Origin: Candidatus Omnitrophota bacterium
Lineage (GTDB): Bacteria > Omnitrophota > Gorgyraeia > 1-14-0-20-64-10
Reading direction: 5' to 3'
DNA: 64,000 bases
Assembly: GCA_016201735.1 (NCBI GenBank)
Contig: JACQCH010000038.1
Coordinates: 19,948 to 83,947, forward strand
Every line of letters begins with the position of its first letter. The first letter of the stretch is position 1. Below are positions 10,091-18,597 of the stretch, piece by piece. A program made the translations under genes and the position numbers. The notes beneath the pieces were generated by a model, which was given only the letters and a program-made list of their open reading frames with translations, had not been told where the DNA came from and did no database searches.

Positions 10091-10102
10091 TTTGTCGTTC
10101 AT

Positions 10103-10564
10103 ATGGTCCTTCCTTTAGGTCGCCTTGTTCCGGTGGCGCGCCGTTTGAAGGCGGAGGGCAAAAGGATCGCCTTCACGAACGGATGCTTTGATCTGCTTCA
10201 TGCCGGTCATCTGGATTATCTGAAGCGGATCAAGGCAAAGGCCGACTGCCTGATTGTCGCAGTCAACAGCGACGCCTCGGTGAGAAAACTCAAAGGCCCC
10301 GGCCGCCCCATCATTCCCGCTAAAGAACGGGCCGCTCTCGTGGCCGCTTTAAAACCGGTCGACTACGTGACGATCTTCCCGGAATCCACCCCCTTGAGGA
10401 TGATCCGATCGCTCAAGCCGGATATTCTCGCCAAAGGAGGAGACTGGAAGCCGGACCGGATTGTGGGCCGTGAGGAGGTGGAGTCGAGAGGGGGCCGGGT
10501 CCTTACGATTCCTTTTCTAAAGGGGCATTCCACGAGCCGGCTGATCCGGCGCATCCGAAGATGA
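10103..10564 (+). CDS. hldE: D-glycero-beta-D-manno-heptose 1-phosphate adenylyltransferase (RfaE domain II type)
   Basis: IAFTNGCFDLLHAGHLDYL cytidylyltransferase HxGH motif; 153 aa. Confidence 0.8.
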   Translation: MVLPLGRLVPVARRLKAEGKRIAFTNGCFDLLHAGHLDYLKRIKAKADCLIVAVNSDASVRKLKGPGRPIIPAKERAALVAALKPVDYVTIFPESTPLRMIRSLKPDILAKGGDWKPDRIVGREEVESRGGRVLTIPFLKGHSTSRLIRRIRR

Positions 10565-10601
10565 CACTTCGTGTCAGATTTCTCGGCCTGATGGCCTCGA
10601 A

Positions 10602-11036
10602 ATGACGCGGCCGAGGATCTATCTCCGGGTGCTGGACGCCAATTTGAACCGGGCCCGGGAAGGATTGAGGGTTTGCGAGGAGGTAGCCCGCTTGGTCCTG
10701 GAGGAACGCCGCTTGACCCGCCGCTGCCAACAGATCCGGTACGACTTGGGCCGTCTTTCCCAGCAGATGTCCCGCGCCCACCCTCTGAACGGTTCTGCCC
10801 TTCTAAAGGCGCGGGACGCGCGGAAGGATGTGGGGCGTCCCGCGATCCGGGGGACGCCCGCCGCTCATCGCGGGATTCGGGATCTGGTCACGGCCAATTC
10901 CCAACGGGTTCAGGAAGCGCTCCGGGTGCTCGAGGAGTTTACCCGCCTGCGTTCTTCCCCTATTATAGCCAAGGCGTTCAGCGCGCTGCGCTTTCGGGTC
11001 TATTCGGTTGAACAAGATCTCCTTTCAAGATTATAA
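10602..11036 (+). CDS. Hypothetical protein upstream of thiE
   Basis: 144 aa Arg-rich, no confident domain call; overlaps thiE start. Confidence 0.45.
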   Translation: MTRPRIYLRVLDANLNRAREGLRVCEEVARLVLEERRLTRRCQQIRYDLGRLSQQMSRAHPLNGSALLKARDARKDVGRPAIRGTPAAHRGIRDLVTANSQRVQEALRVLEEFTRLRSSPIIAKAFSALRFRVYSVEQDLLSRL

Positions 11037-11646
11037 GCTTTACTGCATCGTGGATCGGGCGGTCCTGGAGGGGAGAGAGCCGGTTCGGGTGGCGGAGTCC
11101 GCGATTCGGGGCGGGGCGGAGGTGATCCAGTGGCGGGACAAGAGGGCCGGCGACCAGGAGTTTCTTGAAGTGGCCCGGCGGCTGCGGGATCTGACTCGCC
11201 GTTTGAAGGCCGCCTTTGTGGTGAACGACCGGGTGGCGGCGGCTCTGTTTTCTCAGGCGGATGGGATCCATCTCGGCCATCAGGATCTTCCGGTGAAAGA
11301 GGTCCGGTCCCTCGTGGGCAGGGGGATGCTGATCGGCCGCTCGACCCATTCCCTGGCCGAGGCGAAGGAGGCCCAGGCCGCCGGGGCCGATTACATCGGG
11401 GTCGGGCCCGTTTTCCCCACTCCCACCAAACCGGATTACCCGGCGGTGGGGCTGGAGCTGATTGGCCAGGTCCGCCAAGCGGTCCGGATTCCATCGGTGG
11501 CCATCGGAGGGATTGACCTTGAAACGCTGCCTCTGGTATTATCGGCGGGTGCCCGATGCGTGGCGGTGGTCCGGGCGGTGGCCGGCGCCCCCAATCCTGA
11601 AAAGGCGGCCCGTTCTTTGAGACAGTTGATGGGATCGGCGGGGTGA
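11008..11646 (+). CDS. thiE: Thiamine-phosphate synthase
   Basis: LYCIVDR...GADYIGVGPVFPTPTK...IGGI signatures. Confidence 0.85.
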   Translation: MNKISFQDYKLYCIVDRAVLEGREPVRVAESAIRGGAEVIQWRDKRAGDQEFLEVARRLRDLTRRLKAAFVVNDRVAAALFSQADGIHLGHQDLPVKEVRSLVGRGMLIGRSTHSLAEAKEAQAAGADYIGVGPVFPTPTKPDYPAVGLELIGQVRQAVRIPSVAIGGIDLETLPLVLSAGARCVAVVRAVAGAPNPEKAARSLRQLMGSAG

Positions 11647-12548
11647 GGCTCCTCATCGTAGGTTCCATCGCGATCGATTCGATTCAGACTCCCTGGGGAG
11701 AGGCGAACCAGATTTTGGGGGGATCGGCGACCTACGCTGCTTTGGCGGCCCGTCTCTGGAGTCCCGTCGATCTGGTGGGGGTGGTCGGGTCCGATTTCCC
11801 GCCCCGGTTCCTCAAGCTCTTTGACAAGTATCGGATGAATGGACAGGGGATTCAGAAGCTGAAAGGGCGGACCTTCCGTTGGAAGGGACGGTACAACGCC
11901 GATCTGCAGCCGAAGACTTTATTTCTCGATCTTGGTGTTTTCAGCGGATTCCAGCCCAAGTTGACGCCCCGCTTAAAGAAGGCGAAGGTTGCTTTCCTAG
12001 GCAACATTCATCCGACCCTCCAATGGCAGGTCTTAAAACAGCTGTCGGCTCCTCGGATCACCGCCTGTGATTCCCGGGACGATTGGATCCTGACCCAGCG
12101 CAGGGGATTTCTCAAACTGCTCAAGCGGGTGGACATTGTTTTTCTCAATGACAGCGAGGCCCGGCTTCTCACCGGAATTCATGGATTGGTCCAGGCGACC
12201 CGTGTTTTGGCCCGGCTGGGTCCGAAGGTGGCGGTCGTTAAAAAGGGAGAGCACGGGGTGCTGGCCGCTTCCCGGGAGGCCTTCTTCTCCTTGCCGAGCT
12301 TTCCCGTCTCCCGGGTGGTGGATCCGACCGGCGCGGGGGATGCCTTTGCGGGGGCCTGCCTGGGATATCTGAACACCCAGCGGAAGGTCACCTGGGCGGC
12401 CCTCTGCCAGGGGATCCAATACGCGTCGGCGGCCGCTTCGATGACCATTGAGGCGTTCGGCCCGGCTCGATTATTGAAAGCCACGCGGGGGGACGTGCTT
12501 CGGCGGGCCCGATCGTTCCGGAACCTGGCCCGCTCCGCCGTCTTGTAA
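11643..12548 (+). CDS. PfkB family carbohydrate kinase
   Basis: Ribokinase-like fold motifs (DPTGAGDAFAGA near C-terminus); GTG start overlapping thiE stop. Confidence 0.8.
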   Translation: MRLLIVGSIAIDSIQTPWGEANQILGGSATYAALAARLWSPVDLVGVVGSDFPPRFLKLFDKYRMNGQGIQKLKGRTFRWKGRYNADLQPKTLFLDLGVFSGFQPKLTPRLKKAKVAFLGNIHPTLQWQVLKQLSAPRITACDSRDDWILTQRRGFLKLLKRVDIVFLNDSEARLLTGIHGLVQATRVLARLGPKVAVVKKGEHGVLAASREAFFSLPSFPVSRVVDPTGAGDAFAGACLGYLNTQRKVTWAALCQGIQYASAAASMTIEAFGPARLLKATRGDVLRRARSFRNLARSAVL

Positions 12549-12692
12549 GGAGGCAGATACCAACCTTTCCTCTTGGGGAAGGGGGCATGTTGGGGATTCC
12601 TCTGGAAGAGGGGGATGTCGGGGGAAGGGCGGTGGTTTTTGCTTTTAAGGGAAAAAGGAATAGTAAGGGAAAAACCGTAGGTTTGTCCCTTA

Positions 12693-12790
12693 CAAAAAGT
12701 TCGACCAACTTGCATCACAATCATAGAATGGAAGAATTTTGTGTGACCTGCATAGAAGGTATACAATTTCTGAGTTGGTCGAACTTTTTG
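12693..12790 (+). promoter_or_regulatory. 18-bp perfect inverted repeat (CAAAAAGTTCGACCAACT / AGTTGGTCGAACTTTTTG) with 62-nt spacer abutting the tRNA-Gly 5' end; candidate -10 TACAAT inside
   Basis: Read directly; right arm ends at the tRNA +1 G; TTGTGT-17nt-TACAAT promoter-like spacing inside the loop. Confidence 0.4.
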
Positions 12791-12860
12791 CGGGTGTAGT
12801 TCAATGGTAGAACGGGAGCTTCCCAAGCTCTTAATGGCGGTTCGATTCCGCTCACCCGCT
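12790..12860 (+). tRNA. tRNA-Gly (anticodon CCC)
   Basis: GCGGGTG acceptor/CACCCGC, D-arm GTTC..GAAC, anticodon stem GGAGC/GCTCT with loop TTCCCAA, T-loop TTCGATT, discriminator U; no encoded CCA. Confidence 0.8.
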
Positions 12861-12863
12861 TTG

Positions 12864-13382
12864 CACGCGCTGGGAGGTCTCTCATTGTTTTTAGCGTCCG
12901 CTGTTAATCTGATTGGTTGCACGCAGTACGTGGAGCCGCCGGGACAGGGGATCCGGATTCCTGGAGAGCGGGTTCAGACAGAGGCGGGTCCTCTCCTGGA
13001 ATCGGGGCGGTCCCGGTTTGTTTGGCCGGTGAAGGGGAAGGTGATTTCAATCTTCGGGATGCGGCAAGGGACCTTTCTCAACAAGGGGATTGATATCCAG
13101 GCCCCGACCGGGACGGAGGTTCGGGCCGCCCGGCCCGGGTTGGTGAGTTTTATCCATGAGGAGTTGCCCGGATTTGGGAAAACCATCATCCTGGATCATG
13201 AGGACGGCTTTGCGACGGTGTACGCCTACGTCGGACAGATTCTGGTCCGGCAGGGGGAGAGGGTTGCCCAGCGCCAGGTGATCGCCCGTGTTGGGAAATC
13301 GGGCCGAGCAGAGGTGTCCGCCCTTCATTTTGAAGTTCGGCGGAACCAGCGGCCACAGAATCCGTTCCATTATTTACCTTGA
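12864..13382 (+). CDS. M23 family metallopeptidase lipoprotein
   Basis: Lipobox LIGC after signal peptide; M23 core (HxxxD...ALHFEVR); ORF-track start 12804 would lie inside the tRNA, so TTG ~12864 preferred. Confidence 0.75.
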   Translation, partial: HALGGLSLFLASAVNLIGCTQYVEPPGQGIRIPGERVQTEAGPLLESGRSRFVWPVKGKVISIFGMRQGTFLNKGIDIQAPTGTEVRAARPGLVSFIHEELPGFGKTIILDHEDGFATVYAYVGQILVRQGERVAQRQVIARVGKSGRAEVSALHFEVRRNQRPQNPFHYLP

Positions 13383-15169
13383 TGAACACGCCTTGGTTTG
13401 ACCGGGAGGAGATTCTGACCCTACTGAAGAAGCGGGTCGAAGGATTTCTCGTCGGTTATCGCCAGAACATCGCTCTTTTGGGCCGGGAGGGAGTCGGGAA
13501 ATCCACCCTGCTCAAACGCCTGATCCAGCAGGAACTTTCGGCAGTTCCCGCCCTGATCCCTCTTTACGTGGAAGTACAAGAGGAAGAAAGTTTTTCTGAA
13601 TGGACGGCCCGGTTCGTCCAAACGGTCCTTCTCCATTTCTCCGATGCGCCTGGAACCGCCGCCGCGACTCAGAGATTACAAGTGGTGCGGCCTCCTCTAG
13701 CCGCAGCCGCGGCCGAGCGCCTATTGGTGCTGGCGGAATCCGGTAGGGCCGAAGAGGTGTACGATCAGCTCTGGGATCTTCCCCACTTGATCACTCAGGA
13801 GAAGGGGCTCCCTTGTCTTCTAGTGCTGGATGAGTTTCATCGGTTGAGTTCTCTGGGGGTGAAGGATCCTTTCGGGCGGTTAGGGCGAAAGATCATGGTC
13901 CAAAGCATGACCATGTACCTCGTTGCCTCCTCCCGGCCCGAGGCGGCTCGTTCTATCTTAAGAGAAGGATTGAATCTTTTGTTTGGGCAGTTCGAGACCC
14001 TGCTTGTGGATCCGATGGATCCCTCCGCCTGCGTCCGAACCATCCGGGCTGCCCTGTTCAATGAAAAAGAAGACCCATTCCTGGAACATCTGCTGGTGGA
14101 ATTGGCGCAGGGATATCCGGGTTACCTGGATCTTCTGCTTCAGGGACTGCTGGATCGGCGGGTTCTTGAAGAAGCTTCAGTGAATAGAGAACGCTCCCTG
14201 CTGGATTTGCTGGAGGAGCTTCTCATCGAACCCCGGGGGGCGCTGCGGATCCGATTTGAGGCGCAGATCCGTTTCTTGCCGGCGCATCAAAATCGTCGGT
14301 CCTGGGTGCAGGTTCTGATGGCCGTTGCCGCGGGAAACCACCGGATTCCTCAGATCGCCGAAGCGACCGGCCGGTCCTTCTCCCAGGTGGCCGGAGCCTT
14401 GAAGGCCTTGGGCGGAGTGGGATTGGTTCAAAAACAGGGAGTTTTCTATCGGATGCCGGACCGGTTATTTCAACTCTGGATGCTGGCTGCTTATCCGGTC
14501 CTGCGGGGGATCGACCTGACCGATCCGGCTCATGCCAGGGTCCGTTTCCGAGATGGGGCCTGGATCTGGATGGCGAAGATCCACGAAGCGATGGTCCGGC
14601 CTCTGGAGGAACATGGGGCGGACCTCTTAAGACAGTGGGGCGGAGAACTTGTTGAGGCGGAGGGACGGCGGGTTCATCTTCCGAGATTCAGCCGCGTGGA
14701 GCTGCGTAAGAATTCCATCGGCCGGGTGGTGATTCTCGCCCACCGAAGCCGCGACTCAGAGGTTACAAGTGGTGCGGCCTCCTCTAGCCGCAGCCATGGG
14801 CCCGACTGGCTGGTGGTTCCCTGGAACGGGTCACTGGACGAGAGCCAGGCCAGGTCTCTGGTTAAAGAACTGCTGGAGCCGCCCTTCAAGGATTATCGGA
14901 AGCTGGTGCTGGGAGCCTGTCCGGTTGAAGTGAACGCCCGTTTGGTGTTCCAGCAGGCCCGGATCCGTTTCTGGGATCTGGCTGTCTTCAATGATCTGTT
15001 GGATCTGTACGGGCTGGCCAGGATCGGTTCTCCGGAAGCAGGCCGCAGATCCCCCTTTGAGACAATCCGGCTCGATCCCAACCCCCTCCCTCCTTCCCGT
15101 CATGACCTAGAGCTTAGAAATGGTTTGGCTTCCTCTAGCCAAAGCCAGGAAAATCTTGCAAACTCCTAA
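13379..15169 (+). CDS. AAA ATPase (archaeal-ATPase/DUF234-like) with in-frame repeat insertions
   Basis: P-loop GREGVGKSTLL, Walker B LVLDEFH; carries two copies of a 44-bp repeat in different frames plus a degenerate copy at the 3' end. Confidence 0.7.
   Translation: MMNTPWFDREEILTLLKKRVEGFLVGYRQNIALLGREGVGKSTLLKRLIQQELSAVPALIPLYVEVQEEESFSEWTARFVQTVLLHFSDAPGTAAATQRLQVVRPPLAAAAAERLLVLAESGRAEEVYDQLWDLPHLITQEKGLPCLLVLDEFHRLSSLGVKDPFGRLGRKIMVQSMTMYLVASSRPEAARSILREGLNLLFGQFETLLVDPMDPSACVRTIRAALFNEKEDPFLEHLLVELAQGYPGYLDLLLQGLLDRRVLEEASVNRERSLLDLLEELLIEPRGALRIRFEAQIRFLPAHQNRRSWVQVLMAVAAGNHRIPQIAEATGRSFSQVAGALKALGGVGLVQKQGVFYRMPDRLFQLWMLAAYPVLRGIDLTDPAHARVRFRDGAWIWMAKIHEAMVRPLEEHGADLLRQWGGELVEAEGRRVHLPRFSRVELRKNSIGRVVILAHRSRDSEVTSGAASSSRSHGPDWLVVPWNGSLDESQARSLVKELLEPPFKDYRKLVLGACPVEVNARLVFQQARIRFWDLAVFNDLLDLYGLARIGSPEAGRRSPFETIRLDPNPLPPSRHDLELRNGLASSSQSQENLANS
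13665..13708 (+). repeat. 44-bp intragenic in-frame repeat, copy A (in ATPase gene)
   Basis: CGACTCAGAGATTACAAGTGGTGCGGCCTCCTCTAGCCGCAGCC; encodes TQRLQVVRPPLAAA in the host frame. Confidence 0.75.
14752..14795 (+). repeat. 44-bp intragenic in-frame repeat, copy B (same ATPase gene, different frame)
   Basis: CGACTCAGAGGTTACAAGTGGTGCGGCCTCCTCTAGCCGCAGCC; encodes DSEVTSGAASSSRS. Confidence 0.75.
15104..15146 (+). repeat. Degenerate copy E of the 44-bp repeat (ATPase 3' end / HIT 5' end)
   Basis: GACCTAGAGCTTAGAAATGGTTTGGCTTCCTCTAGCCAAAGCC, ~75% identity to consensus. Confidence 0.5.
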
Positions 15170-15695
15170 GAGCCCTAAACGCCTCTGGGCTCCCTGGCGG
15201 ATCGGCTATCTCGTCGGGACAAAAAACTCTTCGGCTCGGGGTTGCTTTTTCTGCCGGATCCAACACTCTGCGCTTGACGCCAAGAATCATCTGCTGACTC
15301 GCGGGCGGCGCGGATTTTCCGTCCTCAACCGGTTTCCCTACAACAACGGGCATCTCCTCATCGCTCCCTATCGGCATGTCGGCCGCCTGGGATCCCTCAC
15401 AGCGGAGGAGTGGCTGGACCTCTTGGAGTTGTCGAAGGATGGGCTCCAGCGGCTGAAGCGGGTGATGAGTCCGCATGGGTACAATCTGGGGATCAATCTG
15501 GGTCGCTCCGCCGGGGCCGGCATTCCGGGCCACCTGCACCTGCACATCGTTCCCCGCTGGGTCGGGGACACGAATTTCATGCCGATCATCGCCGAGATGA
15601 AGGTGATTTCCCAGTCGCTCGATTCCGCCTATTCCTCGCTCAAGTGGTCAAGGAAAGGTCATGCCAAGAAGGTCCGCCGAAAACCTCGTCACTAG
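15120..15695 (+). CDS. HIT family hydrolase
   Basis: Histidine triad HLHLHIVPR; N-terminus APWR; start uncertain (15120 ATG overlaps the ATPase 3' end and the degenerate repeat copy). Confidence 0.75.
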   Translation: MVWLPLAKARKILQTPKSPKRLWAPWRIGYLVGTKNSSARGCFFCRIQHSALDAKNHLLTRGRRGFSVLNRFPYNNGHLLIAPYRHVGRLGSLTAEEWLDLLELSKDGLQRLKRVMSPHGYNLGINLGRSAGAGIPGHLHLHIVPRWVGDTNFMPIIAEMKVISQSLDSAYSSLKWSRKGHAKKVRRKPRH

Positions 15696-16821
15696 GAAAC
15701 AACTCGAGGAGCAGGAACGGCGGACGTTGGCCTCCTTCGCCGTCTGTTCTCGCGACTCCCGGGGGCGGGCGCATCCGGAACCGGAGCATCCCTACCGGAC
15801 ATGCTTCCAGCGGGACCGGGATCGGATCATTCACTCGACCGCCTTCCGGCGTTTGGAATACAAGACTCAGGTTTTTGTGATTCACGAGGGGGACTATTAC
15901 AGGACCCGCCTGACGCATACCTTGGAGGTGTCTCAGATCGCGGGCACGATCGCCCGGGCGCTTCGGCTCAATGCGGATTTGGTCGAGGGGGTCGCCCTGG
16001 CCCACGATCTCGGGCACGGACCTTTCGGCCACTCCGGAGAGGATGCGCTGACGTCGCTCATGCAGGGGCACGGAGGGTTTGACCACAACCTCCAGGCCCT
16101 GCGGATTGTCGATCAATTGGAGGAACGGTATCCGAAATTCCCGGGGCTGAATCTGACCTGGGAGGTCCGGGAGAGTCTCAATAAACACCGGGTCCCCCTG
16201 GCTTCCTCGCCGGTTCCCCTACGGCCGAATCTGAATTGTGAGGCGCAGGTCGTCAACATCTCGGATGAGATTGCCTACGATAATCATGATCTGGACGACG
16301 GGATTACCTCGGGATTGATCCGGGAGGAGGCCTTAAGGCAGATTCCTCTTTGGCGGCAGGTCTGGAAAGAGGTGGCGGCAGCTTCTCCGGGGATCAGCCC
16401 GGAGCGGCGGAAGTACCAGATCATTCGACGGCTGATCGATCTTCAGGTGACGGATCTGCTTCGGGAGTCGGACCGGCGGATCCGCTCTTTGAAGATCGTG
16501 AAGCCCGCGGATGCCCAGGATTCTCCGGAATCCTGCATCGCCTTCAGCCCTTCGATGAGCCGCCTCCGGGCTCCGTTAAAAGAGTTTCTCAACGAAGAGC
16601 TGTACCATCATCACAGGGTGGTCCGGATGGCGGAGAAAGCCAAGCGGTTCCTGGCGGGTCTCTTCGAGACTTATTTGCGCAATCCCAAGCAGCTGCCCGA
16701 CACCACCCGCCGCCGCTTGAAGAATGAGGATCCCTATCGGGTGATCTGTGACTACCTTGCCGGGATGACCGACCGGTACGCGATGGATGAGTACAAAAAG
16801 CTGTTCCATCCGGAGGTATAA
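15661..16821 (+). CDS. dGTP triphosphohydrolase-like HD-domain protein
   Basis: RTRLTHTLEVSQIA...AHDLGHGPFGHSGE dGTPase signature. Confidence 0.85.
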   Translation: MPRRSAENLVTRKQLEEQERRTLASFAVCSRDSRGRAHPEPEHPYRTCFQRDRDRIIHSTAFRRLEYKTQVFVIHEGDYYRTRLTHTLEVSQIAGTIARALRLNADLVEGVALAHDLGHGPFGHSGEDALTSLMQGHGGFDHNLQALRIVDQLEERYPKFPGLNLTWEVRESLNKHRVPLASSPVPLRPNLNCEAQVVNISDEIAYDNHDLDDGITSGLIREEALRQIPLWRQVWKEVAAASPGISPERRKYQIIRRLIDLQVTDLLRESDRRIRSLKIVKPADAQDSPESCIAFSPSMSRLRAPLKEFLNEELYHHHRVVRMAEKAKRFLAGLFETYLRNPKQLPDTTRRRLKNEDPYRVICDYLAGMTDRYAMDEYKKLFHPEV

Positions 16822-16842
16822 TTACTCATGGAGCTTCTTTAA

Positions 16843-18342
16843 ATGGAACAGACCTTCGAAAAGTTAAGCCAGCATCCCAGTCTCCGGCGGCTTCACGAGG
16901 TGATCACCGCCCCGGTTTCCCGTCCGATTTGGTGGGTGATTCCCGGCGATGCCCCAAAGACCCTCAATTATTCCCAAGCCTGCCGGACCTGCCGGTTTGT
17001 CCAGAAGCCGGCCAACCGGAGAATCTGCCAGCGCCAGTTTCTTTCCGCTTTGGAGGAGGCCCGCAAGGCCAAGGGGCCGGTCCAGTTTGTCTGTCCCATT
17101 GAGCGGCACGCCGTCTGCCTGCCGGTCATGCAGCAGGACCAGGTGCGGGGGTACCTGGCGATGTGCCACAGCGAACAGCCGGTTCCATCCGCCGAGCTGA
17201 AGCTGGCCGGCCTGACGGTGGCGACCGCGGCGCAGGAGATGGAGCGGACTCAGGAGCTCAAGAACCTCTCCGATGCAATTCAGCCCAGGTGCGTCGCCCT
17301 TTCGACGATCCATACCATTCACCGGCTGATCAGTTCCACCTTGAACTTGAAGGAGCTGCTCCCCCGGGTGGCCCGGCTCTGCTGTCAGGTTCTGCGGGCC
17401 CAATCCTGCGCGATCTGGCTTGTGGACCGGCAAAAGAGGCTCCTGATTCCACGGGCGGTGGTTGAGCTTCGAAAGGGAAAGAGCTGGACCCTGCGTCCCT
17501 GCCGGGTTGGATCCGGTTTTCCGGGGCAGGTGGCTTCCACCTGTCAGGCCCGGTTGTCGAAGCGGATGATGGTGGTTCCTTTGGTGGAGGAAGATTGCGT
17601 TGGCGTGATCATGGTTCGCCGATACCGGCCAAGCCAGCCCTTCAGCACGCTGGATCAAGAGATCCTGACCACTCTCGCCGAGCAGGCCGTGGTGGCTATC
17701 GGCAACGCCCAGATGTACGAGACCCAAGAACGGGTGACCTGGGGAACCATTAAGAGCTTAAGCGAAATTCTAAACAGCATGGAGCCTTATTCTTCCGGGC
17801 GTTCTTTGGGCCATCGGATCCTGGCGGAGGCGGCGGTGGCGATCGCTCAGAAGATGAAGCTCCCTCTCTCCGCGCAGCGGCCGCTTCAGTATGCGGCCTT
17901 GCTCCATGACGCCGGTCGTCTGGGAATTCCACAGGAGATCCTGCGGAAACCCACGAAGCTGGAGCCGGCGGAATTCGCCAAGGTCAAGGAACACACCATC
18001 AAAGGGGCCCGGCTGCTCCAACCCTTCGAGATCCTTGAGCCGGCCCTGCCCATCATCCTCTATCATCATGAACGATACGATGGAACCGGCTACCCCAAGG
18101 GGTTAAAGAAGGATGCGATTCCACTGGGTGCCCGGATCCTGGCGGTGGCCAATGCCTTCGAAGCGATGGTGTGTGAGAGGCCTTATCGGGGGGCCTTTTC
18201 CGTCACCCAGGCGGCGCACGAAATCGCCTCCCATTCCGGGACCCAGTTTGATCCGGCTGTGGTGGAGGCCTTCCTGAGTCTGGTCCAGTCCGGGAAATTG
18301 CAGGAGCTGGTGGATTCTGCCGGTTCCAAGGAAATCCGTTGA
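16843..18342 (+). CDS. GAF-domain HD-GYP c-di-GMP phosphodiesterase
   Basis: N-terminal Cys-rich region, GAF, then HD (LLHDAGRLGIP) and HHERYDGTGYP (HD-GYP). Confidence 0.85.
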   Translation: MEQTFEKLSQHPSLRRLHEVITAPVSRPIWWVIPGDAPKTLNYSQACRTCRFVQKPANRRICQRQFLSALEEARKAKGPVQFVCPIERHAVCLPVMQQDQVRGYLAMCHSEQPVPSAELKLAGLTVATAAQEMERTQELKNLSDAIQPRCVALSTIHTIHRLISSTLNLKELLPRVARLCCQVLRAQSCAIWLVDRQKRLLIPRAVVELRKGKSWTLRPCRVGSGFPGQVASTCQARLSKRMMVVPLVEEDCVGVIMVRRYRPSQPFSTLDQEILTTLAEQAVVAIGNAQMYETQERVTWGTIKSLSEILNSMEPYSSGRSLGHRILAEAAVAIAQKMKLPLSAQRPLQYAALLHDAGRLGIPQEILRKPTKLEPAEFAKVKEHTIKGARLLQPFEILEPALPIILYHHERYDGTGYPKGLKKDAIPLGARILAVANAFEAMVCERPYRGAFSVTQAAHEIASHSGTQFDPAVVEAFLSLVQSGKLQELVDSAGSKEIR

Positions 18343-18593
18343 GCGGATTCTCTCTGACACCGGTCCAGCGGCAGATCTTAAAATTCTTTCAGCAGCATCC
18401 TCAGGCGGTGGAAACAGTCCGGGGAATCGCCAGTTGGTTGGGACACGAAGCGAAGGTTGTCGAGGAGGCTTTGAAGGAGCTGGTCGGCCGCAGGTGGTTG
18501 GCCACGGATGAAACCAGCGCGGTCCGTGGCTACGCCTTGACAGGGGATCGGCGGATGCTGACGCAAATTCAGGAGGCCTTGGAAGGTTCTTAA
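18339..18593 (+). CDS. Hypothetical small protein
   Basis: 84 aa, helical; operonic with neighbours. Confidence 0.4.
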   Translation: MSGFSLTPVQRQILKFFQQHPQAVETVRGIASWLGHEAKVVEEALKELVGRRWLATDETSAVRGYALTGDRRMLTQIQEALEGS

Positions 18594-18597
18594 CGCA

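Noticed and set aside
12179-12922. ORF 12179-12922 minus strand (247 aa) spanning the tRNA-Gly region
   Set aside because: It overlaps the tRNA and the AT-rich leader, has no homology signal, and is likely spurious.
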